Below are positions 42,857 through 52,057 of a stretch of 64,000 nucleotides of DNA, in pieces. The position numbers and the translations under genes were made by a program. Position 1 is the first letter of the stretch. Each line of letters opens with the position of its first letter. The DNA lies in the IMG/VR virus record IMGVR_UViG_3300006033_000016, positions 68,999-132,998 of that record; one strand, written 5' to 3'. The notes beneath the pieces were generated by a model. It saw only the letters and a list, made by a program, of their open reading frames with translations. It had not been told where the DNA came from and did no database searches. The DNA is from a virus.

Positions 42857-44991
42857 GAATACCCTCTCAAAGGAAAAGACCTTTCAACCAGCCCACTGGC
42901 TATGAGTCTTTTTGCTTCCTTGATAGAAAGAATGTCTCTTTTGTCCTCCTTTACAAAGAGGAAGTTGCTGGATGATAACACATAAATGGGCCCAGTAGAA
43001 ACATCTACGTCGTTTCCGGGCAAGATAGCTTTACCTTCAGAAGTGCAGGCAGAGTGGTCTTTGGATAGAGACAACACACTAACAAGCTCGTCTTTGCCTG
43101 ACAACGATTTGCCTCTAACAAAAGCACGAGTCAGCTCAAAATGAGAGCTGTCGTACCACTTTGTCAATCCCTGGGAAGATGTAAGCAATACTTTTCCGCT
43201 AGGAAAGAGAGGCACAGCAGAGCGTATAGAGGTTGCTCCTCGTATGACCTTAAAGTCTTTGTCAGGAGTGCTGATCGCAGCGTATTTTCCGTCAGAGTCA
43301 AGGGCTAGAGTTGGAAGAAGATCTGGTATTATTCCAACTATAGGATGTGAAAATGATTCTTCGGTGAGGTAGGCGAGGGATCTAATGTGCGCCTCATTGT
43401 TAGAGAGAACAACAGTGACAGAGGAGGAGGCAGAGCACAACAAATCAAACTTGTGTCTTCGACTAGGTTCCTTGTCCAGTCTAGTTAGCTTGCTACCTTG
43501 AGAGATTATGTACTTCTCTGGGCTGTCCATCGACAAGCTAGGAGAGGTCACCTCGTAACCGAGAGCAGTTCCTCTGGGGTCAGAAAACTCAAGTAGTCTC
43601 TTTAGAGACTTGATTATTACTTCGTCTACGTTCTCTAAATCTTTCTTAATAGATGAAAGAGTATCCCGGAGAGAAGAGATGTTAGCTAACTGAGTCTCTT
43701 CATTCATTCTAGAAAGCTGCTGCACCTTCATTTCCAGGATGTACTTAGCCTGGGACTCTTTCAGAGAAAGAACTTCTGCCAGACTAGATACGAGAGAAGA
43801 AGTACTGGTGTGCTTCTGCTGCAATACTTCGTAGACCTTATCAAGATTACGTATGGCAGAAAGTAGGGCTTTAGCTTTCAGCAAGTCAGATTTAGCTATC
43901 CGCATCTCTCGCTGCAGCCGTAAATTTTCGATGTCCCTTCGAAAAGAGACAAATTCCTCGAATAAACGAAGAATACCACCGCAAAAAAGAGTCTCAGAAT
44001 CTATGTTTGAAGTAGAATCGTCAGAACGCTTTACTACATAAAATTGATAACTCTGGGTGGTGTGCAACTCAGGAAGAACTCTCTCTTTGATTACCACGGG
44101 GTCCGCAAATTCTATGTATATGCGAACACCATCAGCACTAGTACCATCGGAGCAACTAAGAATGAGTCCTTCATCTGACAACTTTCTCATCTTAGACAAG
44201 AAAGTTCCCATGTTAAATCCGGGAGCTAAACTCTTTACTACGAGTACCTGCCCAGACTTGGTGCTTTCAAAGGAATATTCGCAACGGAAGTTAAGAGACC
44301 CTGACCCAGTCTCGTATAAAGAGTATACATCCTCAGGAGAAGACAACATGACTCCGTACCCGTAGTCTGGCCCTGGCATGTGTTGGACTATGGTGCGAAG
44401 AGAAGGTTTGTCCTTCTTTATGAAGTACACCAAAACCCTAACAAGCTCTCTTAGATTATGAGGGGGCACGGTTGCCCGCAAGGCTACTCCTATGCCCGAG
44501 GACCCGTTCAGAAGAAGAAGAGGCAACCTGGAAGGGAGGACAAGAGGCTCTTGGCGATCCCCTGAATAGTTGGAGACAAGCTCCGCCACTTCGATGTCCG
44601 AAAACAGCTCTGAGGCCAGAGGAGTTAGCCTGGCCTCTGTATAACGCATGCTGGCAGCTGAATCTGTTGGGGAGCCGAAGTTACCGTGTCCCTCAATCAG
44701 TGGGTACCTATCCCACACCATATTAACTAGTGTATCGTATATGGCTTTGTCCCCATGGGGATGAAAGTTTCCCATGGTGTCGCCAACAACCTTTGCGCTC
44801 TTTTTAAAGCCAGCTCCTTTTAGGTGGTGCATGGCCCAAAGTATCCTCCTATGAACCGGTTTGAGACCATCACGCACGTCAGCTACCGCACGATCCATAA
44901 GAACAAAAGTTCCGTAGGTGTGCATGGAAGTCTTGGAGAAATCGCCCAAAGTAACAGGACGAATCAGACCTGTAGTAGAAGTCTTCTTCAT
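42853..44991 (-). CDS. gyrA: Type IIA topoisomerase subunit A (GyrA/ParC-like)
   Basis: DGLKPVHRR, HPHGD, catalytic AASMRYTE, NG..GIGV...PPHNL. Confidence 0.92.
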   Translation of the reverse strand: MKKTSTTGLIRPVTLGDFSKTSMHTYGTFVLMDRAVADVRDGLKPVHRRILWAMHHLKGAGFKKSAKVVGDTMGNFHPHGDKAIYDTLVNMVWDRYPLIEGHGNFGSPTDSAASMRYTEARLTPLASELFSDIEVAELVSNYSGDRQEPLVLPSRLPLLLLNGSSGIGVALRATVPPHNLRELVRVLVYFIKKDKPSLRTIVQHMPGPDYGYGVMLSSPEDVYSLYETGSGSLNFRCEYSFESTKSGQVLVVKSLAPGFNMGTFLSKMRKLSDEGLILSCSDGTSADGVRIYIEFADPVVIKERVLPELHTTQSYQFYVVKRSDDSTSNIDSETLFCGGILRLFEEFVSFRRDIENLRLQREMRIAKSDLLKAKALLSAIRNLDKVYEVLQQKHTSTSSLVSSLAEVLSLKESQAKYILEMKVQQLSRMNEETQLANISSLRDTLSSIKKDLENVDEVIIKSLKRLLEFSDPRGTALGYEVTSPSLSMDSPEKYIISQGSKLTRLDKEPSRRHKFDLLCSASSSVTVVLSNNEAHIRSLAYLTEESFSHPIVGIIPDLLPTLALDSDGKYAAISTPDKDFKVIRGATSIRSAVPLFPSGKVLLTSSQGLTKWYDSSHFELTRAFVRGKSLSGKDELVSVLSLSKDHSACTSEGKAILPGNDVDVSTGPIYVLSSSNFLFVKEDKRDILSIKEAKRLIASGLVERSFPLRGYS

Positions 44992-45015
44992 AAGGAGAAT
45001 TGTATGGAAGAATGT

Positions 45016-45531
45016 CTATCGGTAGGTTTTAGACTCGTGGAGTCTACCGTTGCTGTCTTCCTCGTACTTTACACGAGTACCTAGTATGTAGTCCCACAAA
45101 GGAATCACCACACACCAGTTTGAGTGTTGATTTGTTCCCATGTGATGGTCGTAGTGCCACCTGAGATACTTCTTTCCGAAAGAAGGGTACAGGTGGGATA
45201 ACTTGTGTAAGTTATAGTACAAAAAGGTCCAAAAGACTAGGCCCCCGTAGAAAACAGGGGCCACCATAAAAATAGGCAGAACAAGAACTGACATTCCCAC
45301 CAAACACGCTATCTCTTTTGTTCTGGAATTCCAGTCGTACCAAGGCTGTAAGTAGTCAGGGTCTGAGAACTTATTACGCCTTACAAATCGGTGGTGACGA
45401 ATCCAGTGAAAGGACAATGAACTTTTTGGAGAAGAGCCAAGTCCATGCAAAACATATTTGTGAAGTATCCACTCCAGAGCATTTCCTACCACTATAGACA
45501 GGACAATCTGAAGTAGGACCCAGGCAGTCAC
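45016..45531 (-). CDS. Fatty acid hydroxylase/sterol desaturase family protein
   Basis: His boxes EW..HK..LH, HW..HH, H..SH, HY.HH, NW.V..PLWD...GT. Confidence 0.85.
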   Translation of the reverse strand: MTAWVLLQIVLSIVVGNALEWILHKYVLHGLGSSPKSSLSFHWIRHHRFVRRNKFSDPDYLQPWYDWNSRTKEIACLVGMSVLVLPIFMVAPVFYGGLVFWTFLYYNLHKLSHLYPSFGKKYLRWHYDHHMGTNQHSNWCVVIPLWDYILGTRVKYEEDSNGRLHESKTYR

Positions 45532-45580
45532 ATATTAAACATAACTAAGCTAGGCTTAGTTCATAATGGTCTACAACAGT

Positions 45581-45901
45581 CTAGTCGATTACTTCCGGTT
45601 CAAACCATCGATAGTCGAAGTCAGCAGGAAGAACCTGTCGTTCAAACCAAAATTCGTTCAACTCTTTCAACAAGGAAGGAGTAAGTTCCACACCAGAAGC
45701 GTCACCAAGAACAGAAACTACGCAACAGTGTGGACACAAGGCACCTTCTTCTGCGAAAGAAACCAGAGAAGAAGGAAATGAAGCAGTACAGTGAAGACAA
45801 GTGCAGCTAAAACTTCTCTTCACTTCATTCTTGTTTTTAAGGGTGTGAAGATAGATGGAATTAAGGGCATTTTTTACCAAAACGTAAGAGTCGATCATCA
45901 C
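45581..45901 (-). CDS. Small Cys-rich conserved hypothetical protein
   Basis: C.C..C...ALCP.C...SVLGD.SG...L......WF. Confidence 0.75.
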   Translation of the reverse strand: MMIDSYVLVKNALNSIYLHTLKNKNEVKRSFSCTCLHCTASFPSSLVSFAEEGALCPHCCVVSVLGDASGVELTPSLLKELNEFWFERQVLPADFDYRWFEPEVID

Positions 45902-45916
45902 GAACCTCCACAGTGA

Positions 45917-45932
45917 TACTATGAGCAGGGTT
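45917..45932 (-). promoter_or_regulatory. Conserved 16-bp motif copy (AACCCTGCTCATAGTA)
   Basis: Identical to the copy at 5647; upstream of GGAGG and start at 45901. Confidence 0.6.
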
Positions 45933-46579
45933 CACCTGTAGAGAGCACGCAATAGTTTCCTATCATGGTCGGTTATACGAAGACGAGACAAGACGGGCCC
46001 GTCAGGCTCAACAGAGTGGTACATAGCAGAGCCTTGAAAATCATCATGAGCCAGCCCAAGGCAATGACCCAATTCATGCGTAAGAACTTTGTCTACCATC
46101 TCCACGGTCCCATTATTCCAAGTTCTAACCTCGCACCACAGGAAGCCATCTTCGTTCCTATGGTGTAGAACAGCTCCACTAGCATCTGAAAGCCAAGTTC
46201 CGCCCGCAGAAGCAGCCTCGAACTCTATACGTATGTCTGCATGAGGAGAGGAGGACCGCTCAAGAGCAGTAAACCCCAAGCTGTCATTTATCAGATCTAC
46301 TGCATACTTTAGAGCGTCATCTGGGTCTGCTGGAGGATGTGGATTATTGGTGTAGATAGAAACAGACAAAGGAAATTGGTCCTTTTCCCACTTAACCTCA
46401 TAGCACTCCCCGTCATAGTTCAGATGCCCACTAGGGGTGTCACATGCAGTGAGGAGCCCGCTCTCTTCGTGAGTCAAAATTGCTATAGGAAGTAGGATAG
46501 CTACAGACAAGAAAAGAAGAGCTATACCTCCTATCATGACCTTGTTTGTGGCACTCAGCCTCTTAAACCAAGTAAGCAT
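45932..46579 (-). CDS. Membrane-anchored matrixin (M10-like) metalloprotease
   Basis: N-terminal TM; HELGHCLGLAH plus Met-turn SAMY. Confidence 0.85.
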   Translation of the reverse strand: MLTWFKRLSATNKVMIGGIALLFLSVAILLPIAILTHEESGLLTACDTPSGHLNYDGECYEVKWEKDQFPLSVSIYTNNPHPPADPDDALKYAVDLINDSLGFTALERSSSPHADIRIEFEAASAGGTWLSDASGAVLHHRNEDGFLWCEVRTWNNGTVEMVDKVLTHELGHCLGLAHDDFQGSAMYHSVEPDGPVLSRLRITDHDRKLLRALYR

Positions 46580-46591
46580 ATAGATTTCCTT

Positions 46592-48436
46592 TCACACGCC
46601 CAGAAGGGACTTTCGGTAGGAGGAGTCGGAACCCATCAAAGATAAAATAACCTCTTTGTCGTTCTTTCCCATCGATATAGACCATAGCTTACGAGTGGAA
46701 GGGTTCATAGCATAGTGCCTTAACTCTGCGGCTGCCGCTTCTCCGTGTCCCTTTAGGCGAGAAACCTGAAGTTTGGAAGCGTTCATACCAGACACTCTTT
46801 CCAACTCCTCCAAAGAGTGAGCATACCATCGAGTATCTTTGTGAACGCCAACAAAGAGAGGGCTGTCGACAACGTACAAGTAGCCCTCTCTAACAAAATC
46901 GCCCAACCAAACACAGAAGAAGGAAAGGACAAGACTAGCTATGTGTGACCCATCAGGGTCAGCATCCATGAGCAGTAACACCTTTCCCACTCTAACGTTA
47001 GATAAATCCACTCCTTTGCCTTTGGGACCAAGCTGTACCCCTATGGCCTTCATCAAAGAAGATATCTCGCTGTGCGCGAAAAGCTTCTCTGGGGATGTCT
47101 GAACAGGATTGGGAACTTTTCCCTTTAGGGGAAGGACCTCCTGGTAGTAGGGGTCTCTAGCTATTTTTGCACTGCCCCCTGCGGAGTCTCCTTCCACTAC
47201 AAACAATTCACGTTCGTGGACTCTACACTTTGTAGCCTCTACGAGCTTGTCGGGTAAAATACCCTTGGCGTCTTTCTTCTGGGTGGATTGCCCTGCAACT
47301 GCGCGTAACTTCTTGTAGCTCTCTCTGGCCTTTTTTAGGTGAAGAGCGCGTGCTACGATCTTATCCGCCAATTTAGAGTTTTGATCAAAGAAGGACTTAA
47401 GCTGTGGATATACTACAGCATAAACGTCGTCCTTTACCTCAGAATTAAGGAGCTTTTCTTTGGTCTGGCTCTTGAACTGGGGCTCAGGTACAAGCACCTG
47501 AACAGCAGCACACAGCCCATCCACTAAGTCCTTGGAGTCTACAGACTTCTTCTTGGCGTAGGGTCCGAGAACATCCTGTATAGCTTTTGTGGCGCCATCT
47601 ACATGCTTTCCACCTTCTGGTGTCGAAGAAGCGTTGCACGCAGAAAACCAGATGTCACCTTCTCCTTCAGTCCATAGAAAGGAAGCGGATATGTTACCAG
47701 AAGGAGAAGAAACTAATATAGGAGAATGAAGAGGAGAACTGGTGTCCGCCCTGGAAAGGACTAGCTGTGAAAGACCCTTGCTAAGGAATTCCTCCTTAGC
47801 TCCATCTACTATCAGAGATATTTTTAGTCCAGGACATAAGTGACTCGTTTCTTCTAGCCATCTGCGTACTCTACTAACATCTATTCTATGAGATCCGAAT
47901 ATCTTTATGTCTGGATGAAAAGATATTTCCGTTCCAGTTCTGCCGCGTTTGTTCAGTGACTTATTAGGGGTGGGCTCGCTAGTCTTGGGTACGCCGCGAG
48001 AAAACTCCTGCTCATAGCATAAGCCTGCCCTCCAGACTCGAACCAACAACCACTTACTCAGCGCATTAGTTGCTTTCAGGCCTACACCATGCAAGCCAGC
48101 AGATACCGCATAAGAGTTCTTGTCAAACTTGGATCCAGCCTGAAGGCTGGTAAACACCGTGATGAGCGTGGACACACCTGTTTTTTTATGTACTTCAACG
48201 GGTATTCCCCTCCCATCATCTAATACTCTGAATGTATGGGAGGTAGTGTCTATCTCTATCTCAGTGTGTGAGGCATGTCCTTCCAAGTATTCGTCTACAG
48301 AGTTATCGTGACATTCCTTTAGAATGTGAAATATTCCGTCAGAATCCTGACTTCCTATGTACATTCCAGGTCTTTTTCTGACGTGCTCTAGATCTTCAAG
48401 TACCTGAATTTGGTCTGCGCCGTAAGACTTTGACAT
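46592..48436 (-). CDS. gyrB: Type IIA topoisomerase subunit B (GyrB/ParE-like)
   Basis: VRKRPGMYIG, E..DNSVDE, DDGRGIP, GLHGVG, VEGDSAGG, PLKGK, DADPDG. Confidence 0.92.
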   Translation of the reverse strand: MSKSYGADQIQVLEDLEHVRKRPGMYIGSQDSDGIFHILKECHDNSVDEYLEGHASHTEIEIDTTSHTFRVLDDGRGIPVEVHKKTGVSTLITVFTSLQAGSKFDKNSYAVSAGLHGVGLKATNALSKWLLVRVWRAGLCYEQEFSRGVPKTSEPTPNKSLNKRGRTGTEISFHPDIKIFGSHRIDVSRVRRWLEETSHLCPGLKISLIVDGAKEEFLSKGLSQLVLSRADTSSPLHSPILVSSPSGNISASFLWTEGEGDIWFSACNASSTPEGGKHVDGATKAIQDVLGPYAKKKSVDSKDLVDGLCAAVQVLVPEPQFKSQTKEKLLNSEVKDDVYAVVYPQLKSFFDQNSKLADKIVARALHLKKARESYKKLRAVAGQSTQKKDAKGILPDKLVEATKCRVHERELFVVEGDSAGGSAKIARDPYYQEVLPLKGKVPNPVQTSPEKLFAHSEISSLMKAIGVQLGPKGKGVDLSNVRVGKVLLLMDADPDGSHIASLVLSFFCVWLGDFVREGYLYVVDSPLFVGVHKDTRWYAHSLEELERVSGMNASKLQVSRLKGHGEAAAAELRHYAMNPSTRKLWSISMGKNDKEVILSLMGSDSSYRKSLLGV

Positions 48437-48452
48437 GTGTGACCCTTAGAAA

Positions 48453-48821
48453 CTAGGAAGAAAACACCTTTTTTTGACTTGTCCCCAACAAATCTCTTAG
48501 GTACTGAATGTGTACAAGGTCGAACCCGGCTTCGCTTTCGAATGTTAAAACTCCACGAACGTCTGCGATGAAACACTCTAGAAACTCAGTGTCTTCAGAT
48601 CCAACGGACGAGATGAGTATAATGGTTATAGTTGTAGCCAGAAGAGGATGACATTCTCGGTGAAACGAGGCGGCTACTTTATTATTGCTAGGGTTGATGG
48701 ATAAAATAGCAAAGTTACCCGCCACAACCTTGTCATCCTCTATAGCAACGGGACATTGTAGGTGTTCCCTAATTGCCTCGCATAATCGAGCTAGTCTCGG
48801 GTCCATCTCATCATTAGTCAT
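48453..48821 (-). CDS. Hypothetical protein (start reassigned to ATG 48821)
   Basis: ATGA overlap with the polymerase stop. Confidence 0.65.
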   Translation of the reverse strand: MTNDEMDPRLARLCEAIREHLQCPVAIEDDKVVAGNFAILSINPSNNKVAASFHRECHPLLATTITIILISSVGSEDTEFLECFIADVRGVLTFESEAGFDLVHIQYLRDLLGTSQKKVFSS

Positions 48822-51676
48822 GCAGCAGCATCCTTTCTTTCCGGATCCTGAAACACAGCTTCTCTCGCGGCTATCTCGTGCCAAGGAGTTCCGGCAGCAA
48901 GCTCAGCGCTCCAATCGGAACAGGACTGAACGAGAGAGGGCAGCTTGGAGGCCACTCCGTCATACCCTAGCATATGCCCCCAGCGTACACCAAAATCGAA
49001 GTCTATTTCCATAGGAACAATCATCTTGATACCGAACTCTTCCCTCAAGAAATCAGGAATAGTATCCACCATCATAGTATTGAAGAGCCAGACCGCCTCT
49101 TCTGCCATAGCCAAGTCTATAGGAATCTCAAGAGTGATGGCGTCATGCACACAGTTTATCACATGATAGGGCCTATTGTTCTCTTCTATCCACCGCATGA
49201 TCCTCCACGCAGCCAAGGCAGTAGTGTCAGAAGATACAGCCTGAATGGGAGAGTTTCGAGCCCTTCTAGAACCTGCGCCTTCATCCAAGGCAAAAAGGTC
49301 AGCAAGGTGACGGCGCCTTTCCATAGGACTAGACACCACACCATGGAGTCTAGCGTAATCCTCAATTTCAGTTAGCCATCTACCTGCGCGGGGGAATTCC
49401 TTAATAAAGGTGTCCTGCAGCTCCAACGCCTTGTCTGGTGTGATGCCAAGCAGTGAAGCCAGGGTCTTGTAATGCTGGCCGTAAACGGCACCGAAGCACA
49501 AACTCTTTGCCTTTTTCCTCTCGTCTTTTGTTACCGAAGCAAGAGGCTTCCTGAACATGATGGCAGCAACCTTACGATGAATGTCGCATTCTTCTGCCAC
49601 TCTTTTTCCAAGAACTGGATCACCAGTTTTCTTGTATTCTTCCCTCAACGCCTTCATGTCGGAGAACAGAGAAGCGTACTGTGTATCTCCAGAAATCTGT
49701 GCCCACCAACGAACCTCAGCCTGACCATAGTCACACTCGATGAGCATGTATCCTGGTCTGGCACCGTACATGGAACGAATGAATGCCTTAGCAGTCCAAG
49801 GGTTTCCCTTAGGAAGCTGCTGAAGATTAGGGTTGGACGAACTTAGCCTCCCAGTAACAGTTCGTATGGCATGGAACCCAGCATGAATTCTTCCGTCAGC
49901 AGAATTATCTGGCTTAGAAAATAGAATATCACCTACACTATTAAGGTAAGAACTCCTTAGCTTGTAGAGCCCAGAGTACTCCTGATAGAGTGCTATAAGA
50001 GGATGGTCTTCGTACTCCTCAAAGAAAGCTTTGTTAATGCTAGGTTTGCCGTCTTTTCCGTGAGATAGGGGAGCTAACCCACAGGCCCCCACAAAGAAAT
50101 GAACCTTGTGTAACTTTTTATCAAGGTCCAATACCCATGGCTTTTTTCCAAAAAGTGGGCGCATGCCTTTGGTTCTAGGATCGTCTCCCAGGACTAAGTC
50201 GTTGGCCACCTTCGCTTGCTTAGAATCCGCAAGAAGTTTTGGAATCTCATCTAAACGAGTAATAATGGGGGACGAGTCAGACAAGAGAAAGTCTAACTGC
50301 TCCTTGTCCACATGAAATCCTGCCATTGTCATCTTGGACAGGAGAAAGGATATTCTCCCGTACCATCTAAGGGCGAATTTCAAGGCCGAAGAATATCCCT
50401 GTCTATCCAGCCACCTCTTGTAGTAATAGAACAAACGGAAAGTAATGTAAGCGTCAGTCCCACCGTACTCTGACAGTCGGTCAAGAGATAGGTCCCACAA
50501 ACTTCCCCCCTGAGCCCCTTGGCGTGCAGCCATAGCGTCAGAAAGTTCAGTATCGTACAAATAAAAGCCAAGAAGCTCTCGCGCCAAGTCCTTCAGTCGA
50601 AAAGCGTTGAATTCGCTAGACCCCTTGTTATCGTCTGAACCTACTTGGTTTTCGTCTTGAAGATAAGCCAAAAACTGTGTATCGATGACGGGCTTGGCAA
50701 AGCCAGAGAGCCTAAAAAATCGGATGGCTATTGATATGTCAAACTGAGAGTTGTGAGCTATCCAAAAAGGAAACTTAACAGACTTTGATGAAAATAGTTT
50801 CCTAAGCCTCTTTCTCACATAGTTGAGTTCGGCCCTATCTTTCCATGGAGAGTCCCAGTGTTGAAGGGGAAACACATAGGCTAAGTCTGCGTCTGCAGAC
50901 AACTGCAATGTGGCGACTTTATTACTGGCCACCAAGTTCAGATTCTGGGTTTCGAAGTCAAAAGCAACAGGTTTTGTACATTCGGAAAGGAAAAACGATA
51001 TAGCTTCGTCTACCTTCTCCTTGGTGTCACATACAATTACCTTGCCCTTCCTTGACCACTTTGTCTCCTCTCCGGTCAAGAGGGAATGAACTGATTTTAT
51101 TTGCCTGTGAAATTTCCTTCGACGAGGTCCGTTCTGAGATTTTATAAAAGAGGACGGGTGAACGGTTACTAAGTGGGTTTTTCCGTTACTTTTATAGATC
51201 TGTCCACTGAGAGAGCCAGCGCCCTTTCCCTGCCACGAAGGGTTTGGGTTTAGGGCCTGCAAGGGCTGCGTACCAGCGTATATGACTATCTTAGGCTGCA
51301 GGGCCTCTATGTCCTTCTTGACATAGTTAGAACAGGCTGTGACCTCTTCCAAGGATGGGTCACGACTAGATCCATCATCCTCAGTTGGGCGACATCTGAC
51401 GATATTGGATAAAGCAAACGAATCTGTAATCCCAGCCTTTGCTAAGGCGCTTTTTATCTCTGCCCCTGCGTCGCCAGCAAATGGAAGACCTACATTGTCC
51501 TCTACACGTGATACGGACTCTCCTATAACCAGGACGTCAACTTTAGGAGTTTCCTCGTCCTCGCCCACCTCACTATAGTACACGTCAGTGGGTACGTAAG
51601 TAGTCTTATGGCCACTGTTTCGGTACAGAGGACACCCAGAACAGTACACGGGGTCCTGTGTCATCAGCTTGCGCAT
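48818..51676 (-). CDS. polA: Family A DNA polymerase with N-terminal family-4 uracil-DNA-glycosylase-like domain and 3'-5' exonuclease
   Basis: CSGCPL..IGE..PFAG..N.VRCRP..HPS; exonuclease DFET/HN..FD/Y...D; TGRLSS.NPNLQQ, DYGQAE, K...FG..YG, VHD. Confidence 0.93.
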   Translation of the reverse strand: MRKLMTQDPVYCSGCPLYRNSGHKTTYVPTDVYYSEVGEDEETPKVDVLVIGESVSRVEDNVGLPFAGDAGAEIKSALAKAGITDSFALSNIVRCRPTEDDGSSRDPSLEEVTACSNYVKKDIEALQPKIVIYAGTQPLQALNPNPSWQGKGAGSLSGQIYKSNGKTHLVTVHPSSFIKSQNGPRRRKFHRQIKSVHSLLTGEETKWSRKGKVIVCDTKEKVDEAISFFLSECTKPVAFDFETQNLNLVASNKVATLQLSADADLAYVFPLQHWDSPWKDRAELNYVRKRLRKLFSSKSVKFPFWIAHNSQFDISIAIRFFRLSGFAKPVIDTQFLAYLQDENQVGSDDNKGSSEFNAFRLKDLARELLGFYLYDTELSDAMAARQGAQGGSLWDLSLDRLSEYGGTDAYITFRLFYYYKRWLDRQGYSSALKFALRWYGRISFLLSKMTMAGFHVDKEQLDFLLSDSSPIITRLDEIPKLLADSKQAKVANDLVLGDDPRTKGMRPLFGKKPWVLDLDKKLHKVHFFVGACGLAPLSHGKDGKPSINKAFFEEYEDHPLIALYQEYSGLYKLRSSYLNSVGDILFSKPDNSADGRIHAGFHAIRTVTGRLSSSNPNLQQLPKGNPWTAKAFIRSMYGARPGYMLIECDYGQAEVRWWAQISGDTQYASLFSDMKALREEYKKTGDPVLGKRVAEECDIHRKVAAIMFRKPLASVTKDERKKAKSLCFGAVYGQHYKTLASLLGITPDKALELQDTFIKEFPRAGRWLTEIEDYARLHGVVSSPMERRRHLADLFALDEGAGSRRARNSPIQAVSSDTTALAAWRIMRWIEENNRPYHVINCVHDAITLEIPIDLAMAEEAVWLFNTMMVDTIPDFLREEFGIKMIVPMEIDFDFGVRWGHMLGYDGVASKLPSLVQSCSDWSAELAAGTPWHEIAAREAVFQDPERKDAAA

Positions 51677-51694
51677 CGTGACTCATTTACACAG

Positions 51695-52054
51695 TCAGAA
51701 AGAACGAAGAACGTCTCTTAGGAAACCAAATTTTAGGTTAGTCCCTGGAATAATAGAGATAAATCTATCTTTGGTGACCGTTGAAGAATAGATGGAAGCT
51801 AGTTTAGTTTCGGCAGAAAGGAGTGCCTTGGCAAATTGACCTGAACACCCTAGGCTGGATAGCAAAGAAGACACGGGTAAAGAAGTAGAAAAGGGAGGAT
51901 TTAAGTACAAACGACCGTCTGACACAGTCACTGTTAGGTTGTTTCCCTCCGCCTCCAGAGTAACACACAAGGACTTACGTGGCGTTGAGACGGGCAAGGA
52001 GGCCCTACGAAATCCAGAAGGACTAGGTCGTCCGCTTCTACAGTTACACCCCAT
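51695..52054 (-). CDS. Hypothetical protein
   Basis: 119-aa ORF starting MGCNCR. Confidence 0.65.
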   Translation of the reverse strand: MGCNCRSGRPSPSGFRRASLPVSTPRKSLCVTLEAEGNNLTVTVSDGRLYLNPPFSTSLPVSSLLSSLGCSGQFAKALLSAETKLASIYSSTVTKDRFISIIPGTNLKFGFLRDVLRSF

Positions 52055-52057
52055 ACC

